From an uncultured Eubacteriales bacterium (lineage in GTDB: Bacteria; Bacillota; Clostridia; Oscillospirales; Acutalibacteraceae), in the NCBI GenBank assembly GCA_964433065.1, contig CAYSPZ010000001.1, positions 28,651-92,650 of the forward strand: a stretch of DNA of 64,000 bases, in the 5' to 3' direction. The translations under genes and the position numbers were made by a program. The notes under the pieces are model-generated. The model did not search any database. It was not told where the DNA came from and saw only the letters and a program-made list of their open reading frames with translations. Every line of letters begins with the position of its first letter. Positions within the stretch are counted from its first letter, which is position 1. Of this stretch, positions 18,206 to 27,555 are shown piece by piece.

Positions 18206-19642
18206 ATGTATGATGTCGTAATCATCGGTGGCGGTGTGATCGGCGGTATGGTCGCACGGGCGTTGTCCCGTTACCGTTTATCGGTGTGTATACTGGAAAA
18301 AGAAAACGACGTGGCGACCGGCGCGACCAAAGCCAATTCGGCGATCGTTCACGCGGGTTTTGACGCCAAAGAGGGCAGTCTGAAAGCGTTACTCAATGTC
18401 AGAGGCTCTCAAATGATGGCGGCGGTATGTGAGCAGTTGGGGGTCAAGTACCAACGAAACGGGTCGCTGGTCATCGGGTTTACCGACGAGGACCGCGCGA
18501 CCATCGAAGACTTGTACGAACGCGGTGTAAAAAACGGTGTGAAAGGGTTGCGCGTACTTGACGCGGGGGAAACGCATCGTTTAGAACCGTCGTTGTCCGA
18601 CGACGTTACTTGCGCATTACACGCGCCGACGGGTGCGATCGTCTGTCCGTACGACCTCGCGGTTGCCGCCATCGGTAACGCGATGGATAACGGGGTAACC
18701 CTTCGCCGCAATTTCCCCGTCTGCGGCATCGACAAGACCGACGACGGGTTTACGGTGCGGTCGGCAACTGACGCGGTGACCGCGCGGTTTATCGTCAACT
18801 GTGCAGGTGTGTATTCCGATGCGATCGCGGCGATGGTCGGGGATACGTCCTTTACGGTACATCCGCGAAAAGGTGAGTACCTGTTACTCGACCGCGAATG
18901 CGGTACGTTGCTCGGTCACACCATCTTCCGTACCCCGTCCAAGATGGGCAAGGGAATCCTGCTCTCCCCGACCGTCGACGGGAACCTGCTGCTCGGTCCG
19001 ACGTCGGTGGATATGGAAGACAAAGACAATAAAAACACCACCGCCGAAGGGATCGCGGAGGTGATCGCCAAAGCGAAAGAAAACGTACCGTCGGTACCGG
19101 TCGGTAAAGTCATCACCTCGTTTTGCGGGTTGCGCGCGGTGGGCAGTACGGGGGATTTCATTCTGACCTCCCCCGTCGCGGGATTTGTGAATGCCGCAGG
19201 GGTGGAATCACCGGGATTGTCCGCTTCCCCCGCCATCGCGGAACACGTATTGGAACGGTTAGCCGAGCAGGGGCTTACCCTGATCGAAAAGGACGATTAC
19301 CGCCCGACGCGGGTGTCCGCCCACGCGTTCCGTGACGCGACGATGGACGAGAAAAACACGATGATCCGTGAGAATCCCGCGTACGGGAAGATCGTCTGCC
19401 GTTGCGAAGGGGTGACCGAAGGCGAGATCTTAGATGCTCTCCGCCGCGAACCGAAAGCGGTGGATCTTGACGGTGTCAAGCGTCGTACCCGCGCACAGAT
19501 GGGACGGTGTCAGGGCGGATTCTGCGGTCCGTATATCACCGAGTTGCTGGCAAAAGAACAAGGAATTGCGTACGAACAGGTGACCAAATTCGGCGGCGGG
19601 TCGTATATCAACGTGGGTAAGACGAAGGGTGAAGAAGTATGA
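18206..19642 (+). CDS. FAD-dependent oxidoreductase, GlpA/LhgO-like, with a C-terminal BFD-like [2Fe-2S] domain
   Basis: YDVVIIGGGVIGG dinucleotide-binding motif. The C-terminus CRCEGVTEGEILDAL..RRTRAQMGRCQGGFC is a BFD-type Cys cluster. Confidence 0.75.
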   Translation: MYDVVIIGGGVIGGMVARALSRYRLSVCILEKENDVATGATKANSAIVHAGFDAKEGSLKALLNVRGSQMMAAVCEQLGVKYQRNGSLVIGFTDEDRATIEDLYERGVKNGVKGLRVLDAGETHRLEPSLSDDVTCALHAPTGAIVCPYDLAVAAIGNAMDNGVTLRRNFPVCGIDKTDDGFTVRSATDAVTARFIVNCAGVYSDAIAAMVGDTSFTVHPRKGEYLLLDRECGTLLGHTIFRTPSKMGKGILLSPTVDGNLLLGPTSVDMEDKDNKNTTAEGIAEVIAKAKENVPSVPVGKVITSFCGLRAVGSTGDFILTSPVAGFVNAAGVESPGLSASPAIAEHVLERLAEQGLTLIEKDDYRPTRVSAHAFRDATMDEKNTMIRENPAYGKIVCRCEGVTEGEILDALRREPKAVDLDGVKRRTRAQMGRCQGGFCGPYITELLAKEQGIAYEQVTKFGGGSYINVGKTKGEEV

Positions 19643-20874
19643 AAGATCTGATCATCATCGGCGGCGGTCCTGCGGGTATGAGCGCGGCGGTCGCGGCATA
19701 TGACAGCGGTATCACCGATATTCTGATTTTAGAACGGGACGAGCATTTGGGCGGTATTCTGCAACAGTGCATCCACAACGGGTTCGGGTTGCACAAGTTC
19801 GGCGAAGAGTTGACGGGACCCGAATACGCGTGGCGGTATGAACAACAGGTGCGTGAACGGAACATCGAATGTAAGTTAAACACGATGGTACTGGACGTAT
19901 CCGCCGACCGCGTGGTGACCGCCACCAACAGCGAAGACGGTATTTTTCAGGTACAGGCGAAAGCCATCGTGTTGGCGATGGGGTGCCGCGAACGCGCCAA
20001 AGGGGCGCTCAACATCGCGGGTTCTCGTCCTGCGGGGATCTACAGCGCGGGTACGGCACAAAAATACGTGAATATGAAAGGGTATCTGCCGGGCAAAGAC
20101 GTGGTCATTTTAGGCAGCGGCGATATCGGACTCATCATGGTGCGGCGGATGACCTTAGAGGGTGCGCGGGTTCACGCGGTATGCGAACTGATGCCCTATT
20201 CGGGCGGTCTTGCGCGAAACATTGAACAGTGCCTGAACGATTTTGATATTCCGCTGAAACTCAGCCACACGGTGGTAAAGATCCACGGAAAAGAACGGGT
20301 AACGGGTGTGACGATCGCCGAAGTGGACGAAAATCGACGTCCCAAACCCGAAACGGAAGAGTATATCCCGTGCGACACGCTGCTTCTGTCGGTGGGACTG
20401 ATTCCCGAAAACGAGTTGTCCAAGTGCGCCGACGTGAAACTGTGCGCCACCACGAGCGGTGCGGTGGTCGATCAGGATCGACAGACATCGGTGGAAGGGA
20501 TCTTCTCCTGCGGTAACGTGTTGCACGTACACGATCTGGTGGATTTTGTGTCGGATGAAGCGGAGATCGCGGGTAAAGCGGCGGCGGCATATATTCGCGG
20601 CGAACACCGCGAACGCGTGGCGGTGACCCTGAAACCCGACGGAAAGGTGCGGTATACCGTACCGCAGATCATCACCGAACGGGGGGACGTGACGGTGTAT
20701 TTCCGCGTCAGTGACGTGTATAAGAACGTGAACGTGACCGTCAAGAACGGCGATACCGTACTGCTTTCCAAAAAGCGCCCGAAAGTGGCGCCGGGTGAGA
20801 TGGAAACGGTGGTTATCAAGCGCGAATATCTGGACGGCGCAAACGAATTACAGATCGGGTTGGAGGTGTTGTGA
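19639..20874 (+). CDS. FAD/NAD(P)-binding pyridine-nucleotide-disulfide-type oxidoreductase (GlpB-like partner)
   Basis: DLIIIGGGPAGMSAA and a second VVILGSGDIGL Rossmann motif. A 4-nt overlap links it to the upstream gene. Confidence 0.7.
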   Translation: MKDLIIIGGGPAGMSAAVAAYDSGITDILILERDEHLGGILQQCIHNGFGLHKFGEELTGPEYAWRYEQQVRERNIECKLNTMVLDVSADRVVTATNSEDGIFQVQAKAIVLAMGCRERAKGALNIAGSRPAGIYSAGTAQKYVNMKGYLPGKDVVILGSGDIGLIMVRRMTLEGARVHAVCELMPYSGGLARNIEQCLNDFDIPLKLSHTVVKIHGKERVTGVTIAEVDENRRPKPETEEYIPCDTLLLSVGLIPENELSKCADVKLCATTSGAVVDQDRQTSVEGIFSCGNVLHVHDLVDFVSDEAEIAGKAAAAYIRGEHRERVAVTLKPDGKVRYTVPQIITERGDVTVYFRVSDVYKNVNVTVKNGDTVLLSKKRPKVAPGEMETVVIKREYLDGANELQIGLEVL

Positions 20875-20875
20875 G

Positions 20876-21220
20876 ATGGAACGGAAACTGACCTGTATCG
20901 TATGCCCTTTGGGTTGTGAGTTGACCGTGCAGTTGGACGGGAAAACGGTCACGGCGGTGTCGGGCAACACCTGTGTGCGCGGCAAAACGTATGCCGAGAC
21001 CGAATGTACAAACCCGATGCGTACGGTGTGTTCCACCATGCGGTGTGACGACGGTTCGATGGTGGCGGTCAAGACCGATCGCACCATCCCGAAAGAGAAA
21101 ATGTTCGAGTGTATGCGCCGTATCAACGACGCGGTCGCGACCTTACCCGTTCAGGTGGGGGACGTTCTCCTCACCGACGTGTGCGGCAGTAACATTGTCG
21201 CAACACAAAACAGAGAATAA
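20876..21220 (+). CDS. DUF1667-type small Cys-rich protein
   Basis: MERKLTCIVCPLGCEL..GNTCVRGKTYAE is the DUF1667 pattern. The ATG at 20876 lies 1 nt after the upstream stop; the longer ORF extension was rejected. Confidence 0.7.
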   Translation: MERKLTCIVCPLGCELTVQLDGKTVTAVSGNTCVRGKTYAETECTNPMRTVCSTMRCDDGSMVAVKTDRTIPKEKMFECMRRINDAVATLPVQVGDVLLTDVCGSNIVATQNRE

Positions 21221-21223
21221 ACG

Positions 21224-21262
21224 AAACGATCCGCGAGGCAATCAACCTCGCGGATCGTTTTT
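21224..21262. terminator. Bidirectional Rho-independent terminator (copy 1 of a repeated module)
   Basis: AAACGATCCGCGAGG / CCTCGCGGATCGTTT 15-bp stem with a 7-nt loop, then TTTTT. It sits between convergent stops at 21220 (+) and 21266 (-). Confidence 0.75.
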
Positions 21263-21265
21263 ATA

Positions 21266-22267
21266 TTACAGATAACGCAACAGGTTTTCGGCATAGTAGC
21301 CAAAACCGTCGTCACTCGGGTGGACGGTGCCGTCGCCGTACAGATTGACGTCGTGCGGGACAAGGTCGATGCCGTTGATCAACTCAATATTGTCGAAGCC
21401 GTCAAGGCAGTGTTCGATGGCGGTGTGCAACTCTTCGAACCGACCGAACGGCAGTTCGCCGCCGCGGGGGAGCCAGATCGGGGAGATCACCACCACACGC
21501 GTAGTGGGATAGGTCGCGCGTAGGTTTTTAAAAAAGGCGCGGCAATATTCCTCAAACTGTTCGCGGGTGCGGTGGTGGTAGTCGTTGCACCCGTACGCAA
21601 CGGTGATGATATCGGGGATGAATGCCTCTTTCGTTGCGGCGAGTTCGGGGAAAAACATCTCGCCGCCGATGGCTTTATTAAACTCATCGGCATCCAGCGC
21701 ACGTGCCAGACGGCACAGATAGGAATTGGACGGGTAAAGCGAATGATACCCTTGGGTGATGGAATCACCGAACGCGAGTAACGTGTGTTTACGGCGAACA
21801 GGCGTGACCGACGCGCCGTCGTCCAGTTCGACAAATTCCACCGACGGTTGTACCGACCACGGGAAGTACACTTCCACCGTTTTTTCGCCATCGCCGAGCG
21901 AAAAGGTCTTTTCCATTCGGGTAAAAGATAACGGAATACCGGTGTACGGGACGGTCATTTCCACCCCGTCAAAGTTGCAAAGATGATCGACACATTCACC
22001 ATTTACGTACACATCAAACCCGTAAAAAAGTGCGGATGAGGCGGAAGTCACGCGGGTCGCCAAAGTGAGGCGGGTACTGTCGGTACGAAACGCGAGACGG
22101 ACACCCGCCGACGACAATGAACGCAGATACGCGTCGTTACCTCTGTTTGCGTACAGGTCGCGTTGTTCTTCGGTAAACCGCCAGAACAGGAAACGACCGG
22201 TATTGGTCTGCTCCACCTCGGCGGCACCGACGGTGATCGCTTTTACTTGTTCGAGTGTGAGTTTCAT
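21266..22267 (-). CDS. SGNH/GDSL hydrolase with an N-terminal beta-sandwich (CE2-like carbohydrate O-acetyl esterase)
   Basis: LLAFGDSITQGY (Ser block I) and a C-terminal D..VHP block. A roughly 160-aa N-terminal extra domain matches CE2-type esterases. Confidence 0.65.
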   Translation of the reverse strand: MKLTLEQVKAITVGAAEVEQTNTGRFLFWRFTEEQRDLYANRGNDAYLRSLSSAGVRLAFRTDSTRLTLATRVTSASSALFYGFDVYVNGECVDHLCNFDGVEMTVPYTGIPLSFTRMEKTFSLGDGEKTVEVYFPWSVQPSVEFVELDDGASVTPVRRKHTLLAFGDSITQGYHSLYPSNSYLCRLARALDADEFNKAIGGEMFFPELAATKEAFIPDIITVAYGCNDYHHRTREQFEEYCRAFFKNLRATYPTTRVVVISPIWLPRGGELPFGRFEELHTAIEHCLDGFDNIELINGIDLVPHDVNLYGDGTVHPSDDGFGYYAENLLRYL

Positions 22268-22300
22268 ATCGATTTCTCCTTAAAGCAATCCGAACCTACC

Positions 22301-23179
22301 TTAAATCTCGCCGATGCGTTTGAGTTCGGCGCGGACCGCTTCGAACGCGGTTTCGGACAGGTCGGACACGTAGTCGGGCGCGTAGTTGCCTTCGTAGCCT
22401 AAGATGTTCATCGCGGCGGTGAAGGACGGCCACAGGTCGTTTGCGACAAAGAAGTCACGGAATGCGACGATGTTGTTGAGCGCAACCGCCGCTTTGTCGT
22501 AGTCGCCGTCCGCCATTGCGCGGAATAAGGCGGCGGTGTTTTTCGGGGTACAGGCAAGCATACCGTCGAGGCATTTGTCCATTCCCCATTTGTACGCAAC
22601 GTCAAACACGTCAAGACCCGAATACACCATAATGAAATCGGTCGGTACGTCGGGATCCAGTTTGAGTTTGCGGAACAGTTGGGTATCGTTGGATTTGATA
22701 CCGACGAAGTTCGGGACCGTTTTGAGCAGTTCCTTGACCATATCGTAGGTGATCTTGGTCTGGGTGACCGACGGCAGGTCATAGAGCAGAATGTTATGTT
22801 TGGTCAGTGCCGCGACCCCTCTGAAGAAGTTGAGCACCTGATCTTTTGACAGGGTATGGTAGTACGGGGTGGTGAATACCAATCCGTCGATGGCGAGGTC
22901 TTCCAGCGCGTCGATGCGTTGTTTGACACGCGCGATCGAGTTGTCCATCGCGCCCACGAACACGGGAACGCGGCCCGCCGCGGCTTCGACCGCCGTTTCG
23001 GCGACGGCGCGGAACACGTCGTGGCGGATAAACGCTTGGATGCCCATACTGCCCATACTGAGCAGACCGACCGCACCTGCGTTGATCTGGTCTTCGATCT
23101 GTTTTTTATAACTTTCGGGTAAGAAATTTCCGTCCTTGTCAAGCGGCGTACCGAGCGCCGGTACAAATCCTGCGTTCAT
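22301..23179 (-). CDS. DapA/NanA-family class I (pyruvate-dependent) aldolase
   Basis: TTPYY tyrosine motif and a GIKSND Schiff-base lysine block. Start moved to MNAGFVPALGTP (23179). Confidence 0.75.
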   Translation of the reverse strand: MNAGFVPALGTPLDKDGNFLPESYKKQIEDQINAGAVGLLSMGSMGIQAFIRHDVFRAVAETAVEAAAGRVPVFVGAMDNSIARVKQRIDALEDLAIDGLVFTTPYYHTLSKDQVLNFFRGVAALTKHNILLYDLPSVTQTKITYDMVKELLKTVPNFVGIKSNDTQLFRKLKLDPDVPTDFIMVYSGLDVFDVAYKWGMDKCLDGMLACTPKNTAALFRAMADGDYDKAAVALNNIVAFRDFFVANDLWPSFTAAMNILGYEGNYAPDYVSDLSETAFEAVRAELKRIGEI

Positions 23180-23192
23180 ATCGTTACACTCC

Positions 23193-23867
23193 TTAAAAAT
23201 CCAAAATAGTCTTATCGCCGTAGGTGTTCTGCCAATCCTTGTCAAATCCGCTGACGGCGGCATCGGTCATCGGGTGGGCGATCACCGCTTTTAACACGTC
23301 GGCGGTCATCGTCACGCAATGGCAACCCGCCGCGGCGCATTTATGCACCTGTTCGGCATTTTTGAAACTGGCGGCGAGCACTTCGCAGTCTACACCGTAG
23401 TAGTCAAACTGTTCGACGATTTCGGCTACCACGCGGGTACCGTCGCCGACAATGTTGTCCAGACGGTTGACGTAGGGTGCGACGTAGTCAGCACCTGCCG
23501 TTGCCGCGATCAACGCCTGTGCGGGGGTGAAGATGGCGGTCATCAGCACACGGATACCGCGTTTTTTGAGTTCCATCGTGGCTTTGAGTCCTTCTTCGCC
23601 GATCGGGATCTTGACGCAGAACGGACCGCCTGCGCGTTCGTTCATCAGCACCGCTTCTTCCACCATCTTATCCGCCGTTTTCTGCACCGTTTGGGCGAAA
23701 AGCAGTTTGTCGGGACCGATGATGGCGCGGATGTCCGCCATCAGTTTCCAGAAATCGGTGTGCTCTTTTGCGACGATGGACGGGTTGGTGGTGACACCGA
23801 AAACGGGATAGAATTCGTTGCAATGTTTGATTGCCGAAAGATCGGCGGTGTCCAGAATGTATTTCAT
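23193..23867 (-). CDS. Fructose-6-phosphate aldolase / TalC-type small transaldolase-family protein
   Basis: MKYILDTADL..GVTTNPSI..CVKIP (Schiff-base Lys)..YVAPYVNR, about 224 aa as in FSA/TalC. Start moved to 23867. Confidence 0.75.
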   Translation of the reverse strand: MKYILDTADLSAIKHCNEFYPVFGVTTNPSIVAKEHTDFWKLMADIRAIIGPDKLLFAQTVQKTADKMVEEAVLMNERAGGPFCVKIPIGEEGLKATMELKKRGIRVLMTAIFTPAQALIAATAGADYVAPYVNRLDNIVGDGTRVVAEIVEQFDYYGVDCEVLAASFKNAEQVHKCAAAGCHCVTMTADVLKAVIAHPMTDAAVSGFDKDWQNTYGDKTILDF

Positions 23868-23880
23868 AGTAAGTTCCTCC

Positions 23881-24816
23881 TTAAAAGCGATTAAACCATT
23901 GACGGGGATCGATGACGCGCGGGTCGATATCCGCAAACGCGTCGTGTAACATCGTCAGTTGATCGTCGGTGAGGGTCTGCACTTGATCGATCAACGAACA
24001 ATTGCTCTTGACGTGGTCGGCGATCTGACAACCGAGTACCACCGACGCGACCCCGTCGACCGACAGGATATACGACAGTGCCAATACCGCAGGTGTCATA
24101 CCGAAAGTATCGCACAATTCACGGTATTTTTCAAGATAGGGACGGCAAAAATCCATTCGCGGATCCAATTCGTCGGGAGAAAGGAATACCAATCCCTGTA
24201 AAAACACGCTGCGAACGAAGATCGCCATACCCGCGTCGGCAATTGCCTGAACGCCGCCGCTTTCGATCTGCCGCCAATCAAACACGTTGAGCGGGATCTG
24301 TACCGCGTCGAATCCCGAACGCGCGACATCAAAATAGTCGTCTTCGGAGTAGACCGACAAACCGCTGTAACGGATCTTGCCGCTCGCTTTGAGTTCGGCA
24401 AACACGTCGCGTACCACGTCGGGGTTTTTCGCGTAGTCGGCATAGGTATGTACCATCAGCATATCGAGCGACGAAACACCGAGCGTTTGTAAGCATCCGT
24501 CGGTCTGGCGCAGAATGTCGGCGCGCAATGCCGCGTCGGAACTGTGGTCGAACGGACCGATCTTGGTGACGATGAACGGACGCTCGTTTTCGGGTAAGGT
24601 TTGAAGCCATTCCCCGATGATCGCTTCCGAATCGCCGTAGTTGTTGGCGGTGTCCAGATTATCCACACCGCCGTCTTTGGCGCAGTCGAGCAGATAAAAC
24701 GCGTCCGCTTTCGTGGGTTTTACCGCGTGTTCGCCCAGTCCGTATGCCATACCGAGTTGCACCGTACCGAGCGAAAACACCGACATCTTTTCGCCGTGAA
24801 ACGAGGCATATTTCAA
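23881..24816 (-). CDS. Aldo/keto reductase
   Basis: LGTVQLGMAYG..LDTANNYGDSEAIIGEWL and the overall 311-aa AKR layout. Confidence 0.75.
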   Translation of the reverse strand: MKYASFHGEKMSVFSLGTVQLGMAYGLGEHAVKPTKADAFYLLDCAKDGGVDNLDTANNYGDSEAIIGEWLQTLPENERPFIVTKIGPFDHSSDAALRADILRQTDGCLQTLGVSSLDMLMVHTYADYAKNPDVVRDVFAELKASGKIRYSGLSVYSEDDYFDVARSGFDAVQIPLNVFDWRQIESGGVQAIADAGMAIFVRSVFLQGLVFLSPDELDPRMDFCRPYLEKYRELCDTFGMTPAVLALSYILSVDGVASVVLGCQIADHVKSNCSLIDQVQTLTDDQLTMLHDAFADIDPRVIDPRQWFNRF

Positions 24817-24829
24817 GCGTATTCCCCCT

Positions 24830-25627
24830 TTACCAGATGGTCCAGCCGCCGTCCATCACCAGCGTTGCGCCCGTCACGTAGGCGGAGGCTTCCGAGGCGA
24901 GAAACACGACGGGACCTTTGATATCGTCTTCGTTTGCCCAGCGGTGAAGCGGACAGTTATCGATGTAGTTTTTGACGAAATCTTTGCGGTCGGGGTCGTC
25001 CGACAGACCGGGGTTGAACCCGCCGGGTGCCAAACAGTTGACCCGCACGTTGTCTTTGCCGTAAAATCCCGCCATATATTTGGTCAGACCGATGAGCGCC
25101 CATTTTTCGGTGGTGTAGTTGACCGGTTGTTCGCTCATCGCGGGGGGATATAACGGGAAATGGGGGCAGTCCAGACCGCGCATCGAACCGACGTTGATCA
25201 CGCTGCCGCCGCCTTGTTTGACCATATACGGTACCACCGCTTGTGCCAGTAACAGTTGACCGTTCAGGTTGACCGAAGCGGAATCTTCCAGTTTTTCGCG
25301 GGTCGCTTTTTCGAACGACACCATATTGGTGCGGTCGACGGCATTGTTGACCAGTATATCGATCTTGCCGAACCGCTCGGCGACCGCGTCGGCGAGGGCG
25401 CGAATGGACGCGTCGTCCGAAAGGTCGAGCGAGTAACCGTACGCTTGGTGACCGTCCTTGCGTAATTCGGCGGCAAATTCTTCGCATTTGGCGCCGTTAC
25501 GGGACGCGATCACCACCGTCGCACCCGCTTCACACAAGCCTTTGGAAATGGACGCACCGTACAGACCTCTGCCACCCGTGACGATGGCGATCTTGCCGGT
25601 CAGGTCAAATAGTTCTTTGGTTGTCAT
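24830..25627 (-). CDS. Short-chain dehydrogenase/reductase (classical SDR)
   Basis: IAIVTGGRGLYG, LVNNA, and a C-terminus typical of gluconate-5-dehydrogenase-like SDRs. Confidence 0.8.
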   Translation of the reverse strand: MTTKELFDLTGKIAIVTGGRGLYGASISKGLCEAGATVVIASRNGAKCEEFAAELRKDGHQAYGYSLDLSDDASIRALADAVAERFGKIDILVNNAVDRTNMVSFEKATREKLEDSASVNLNGQLLLAQAVVPYMVKQGGGSVINVGSMRGLDCPHFPLYPPAMSEQPVNYTTEKWALIGLTKYMAGFYGKDNVRVNCLAPGGFNPGLSDDPDRKDFVKNYIDNCPLHRWANEDDIKGPVVFLASEASAYVTGATLVMDGGWTIW

Positions 25628-25638
25628 AATCGTTCACC

Positions 25639-26571
25639 TCAAGAGAAAGAGTATACGGCTTTGCCGGTAGCGGCGTCGTATTCTTCCATGCGGAAGGTGA
25701 GCGACGCGTGTTCGGCAAACACCTGCATCATCACCGTAGTGGTGTAGGAAAACCATTCGGATACCGTTCTGCCGGTGGCGGTGAGATGGGAAACGGCGGG
25801 GCAATATGCCACGGTGAACACCGTTTTGCCGTCCGTTTGTTGGATGGTGAGGACCTCTTCGCATTTTTCAAGGCGGTAGGTCTGTTTCACCTTGTCGCAG
25901 ATGGCATCGATCCCGCGTTCACGGATATCGGTGAGCGTTTTCGCATACACCCGTTCGGTGAAGGTGCGCAGATAATCGCACAACACATCGGTGCCGAAGT
26001 GTTCGCCCAGATACTGAACGGCATTGTTGGTACTGCTGTGAAAATCACGGTGGAAATACTCGTTATCCGACGCGTTGCGGTGCATCTGCAACGTATGGTC
26101 ATCAACGATGAGTTTGTTACGGAACCGTTTGGGGTCGTACACCAGAATGGAACAGGACGCGTTATCGGTACCGCAGAAGTCGTAGATATATTTGAGTCCC
26201 GCTTTTTCGACCGATTCACGGTAGTGGTCACAGTGCAGACAATAGTCGTGGTACGGGGTGATACCGAGGGTATCTTGCAGTTCCAGCAACCGTCCTTTTG
26301 ACGGGCAACGGTGCATCCGGATCTTAAACCAGCCGTCTTGTTCGTTTAAGTACATGGAGAAATCCGCCGCTTCTTCGTTGAGCGAACCGCTCCAATACGA
26401 ATAGCAACCCTTGATGCCTTCCTCGTTCAGGAAATTGATCAGCGGAATACCCGCGCCGTCGGGTTTAAACAGAAATTCCCAGAAACGGTCAACCTCCCCC
26501 CTACCGTAACGGTCTTCCAGGAAGGTGAACAATTCACTGTACGCGGGGATAAATTCGGTACACGAGATCAT
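25639..26571 (-). CDS. Hypothetical protein with an internal tandem duplication of a Cys-Pro-containing domain
   Basis: Clean 310-aa ORF packed in the operon (gaps of 11 and 9 nt). Both halves show the same pattern: helical segment, beta strand, CP, and a C-terminal YD(x)3-6G. No family recognised. Confidence 0.55.
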   Translation of the reverse strand: MISCTEFIPAYSELFTFLEDRYGRGEVDRFWEFLFKPDGAGIPLINFLNEEGIKGCYSYWSGSLNEEAADFSMYLNEQDGWFKIRMHRCPSKGRLLELQDTLGITPYHDYCLHCDHYRESVEKAGLKYIYDFCGTDNASCSILVYDPKRFRNKLIVDDHTLQMHRNASDNEYFHRDFHSSTNNAVQYLGEHFGTDVLCDYLRTFTERVYAKTLTDIRERGIDAICDKVKQTYRLEKCEEVLTIQQTDGKTVFTVAYCPAVSHLTATGRTVSEWFSYTTTVMMQVFAEHASLTFRMEEYDAATGKAVYSFS

Positions 26572-26580
26572 ACGGTCACC

Positions 26581-27552
26581 TCAATACTGGAAGAAATCGT
26601 CGTCGACGATGGTGGAGGCGAGGTTCTCGCTCATATACACGTTGGTGGGATTTTCACGCAACTGTAAGATGGAAGCGGGAACGTCCTGCGAGGGTTTGCC
26701 GAAAATGCTCAGCCGCGAGGACAGACGTTGCCACGTGACGTGGGTCCCTGCGGTGGTAATAGCGTGCATATCCAGCACTTCTTTCGCTTTCATCGCGTCG
26801 CGCGGACCCATCATCGCGCCTTTCGGGGGCACTTTGGAGATGTCACCCGAGCAACCGAAACAACCGTGCAGGGAGTTTTGCGCGATGGTGAGCGGGTGCA
26901 GTGACGCGACCTTCGCGCCCTGTTCGAGGTATTCTTCCATCGTGGGTTTGAACCAGTCGTCCACAGGGTCGATAAAGGCGAGGTGGGCGGGCCAACCGGG
27001 ACCCGAATACACGATATCCGCTTCGCCGTCCGCTTCCAGCATTTTGGAGAAGTCGGGGGTCACCTTGTTGCTGTGGTAGATGAAATTTTCTTCTTTAAAG
27101 CCGAGATCCAGAATGTTGGACACCATAAACCGATAAAACGCGTTGCCGAATCCCGCTTTGTACGAAAGCGGCGCGACGTTGCCCTGATCGTCTGCCCACT
27201 CGTCCATCATATAGAATTTGACGTTACGGCAGTTGACACCGAGTTTGCGCAACATATATGCCACCTTACGGTAGGTGGGACAGGGGTTGCACATAATCAT
27301 CACGCATTTTTTGTCGTAGCGGTCGGAGTCCAGAATACGCTGTACCATATCGGTGAGCATGATCATTTCAAACTCTTCGTTTTTGACCACCTGTACGCTC
27401 ATCGACGGGCTGGTAGGATGTTTGCCGTCGAGGGCGACGATGTCTTCTTTGGTGATGGCGCGAACACGCGCGATCTCGTCAAGATCCTTGAACGGATAAA
27501 AATCCGCCGGTTTGAAGGTAAAGTTGTCGTTCCCGTAAATCATTGCGTTCAC
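26581..27552 (-). CDS. NagB/6-phosphogluconolactonase-fold protein (glucosamine-6-P deaminase/isomerase-like)
   Basis: VMIMCNPCPTYRKVAYML..VKFYMMDEW parallels the GxTP..LDEY blocks of the NagB/Pgl family. It is 323 aa, longer than canonical NagB. Confidence 0.5.
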   Translation of the reverse strand: MNAMIYGNDNFTFKPADFYPFKDLDEIARVRAITKEDIVALDGKHPTSPSMSVQVVKNEEFEMIMLTDMVQRILDSDRYDKKCVMIMCNPCPTYRKVAYMLRKLGVNCRNVKFYMMDEWADDQGNVAPLSYKAGFGNAFYRFMVSNILDLGFKEENFIYHSNKVTPDFSKMLEADGEADIVYSGPGWPAHLAFIDPVDDWFKPTMEEYLEQGAKVASLHPLTIAQNSLHGCFGCSGDISKVPPKGAMMGPRDAMKAKEVLDMHAITTAGTHVTWQRLSSRLSIFGKPSQDVPASILQLRENPTNVYMSENLASTIVDDDFFQY

Positions 27553-27555
27553 TCC

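Noticed and set aside
23193-23867. The transaldolase-family gene as a marker of the sulfoquinovose sulfo-TAL pathway.
   Set aside because: No GH31 sulfoquinovosidase, SQ isomerase, sulfolactaldehyde reductase or dehydrogenase signature, or sulfonate exporter is present. The neighbouring amidase and NagB-like genes point to amino sugars instead.
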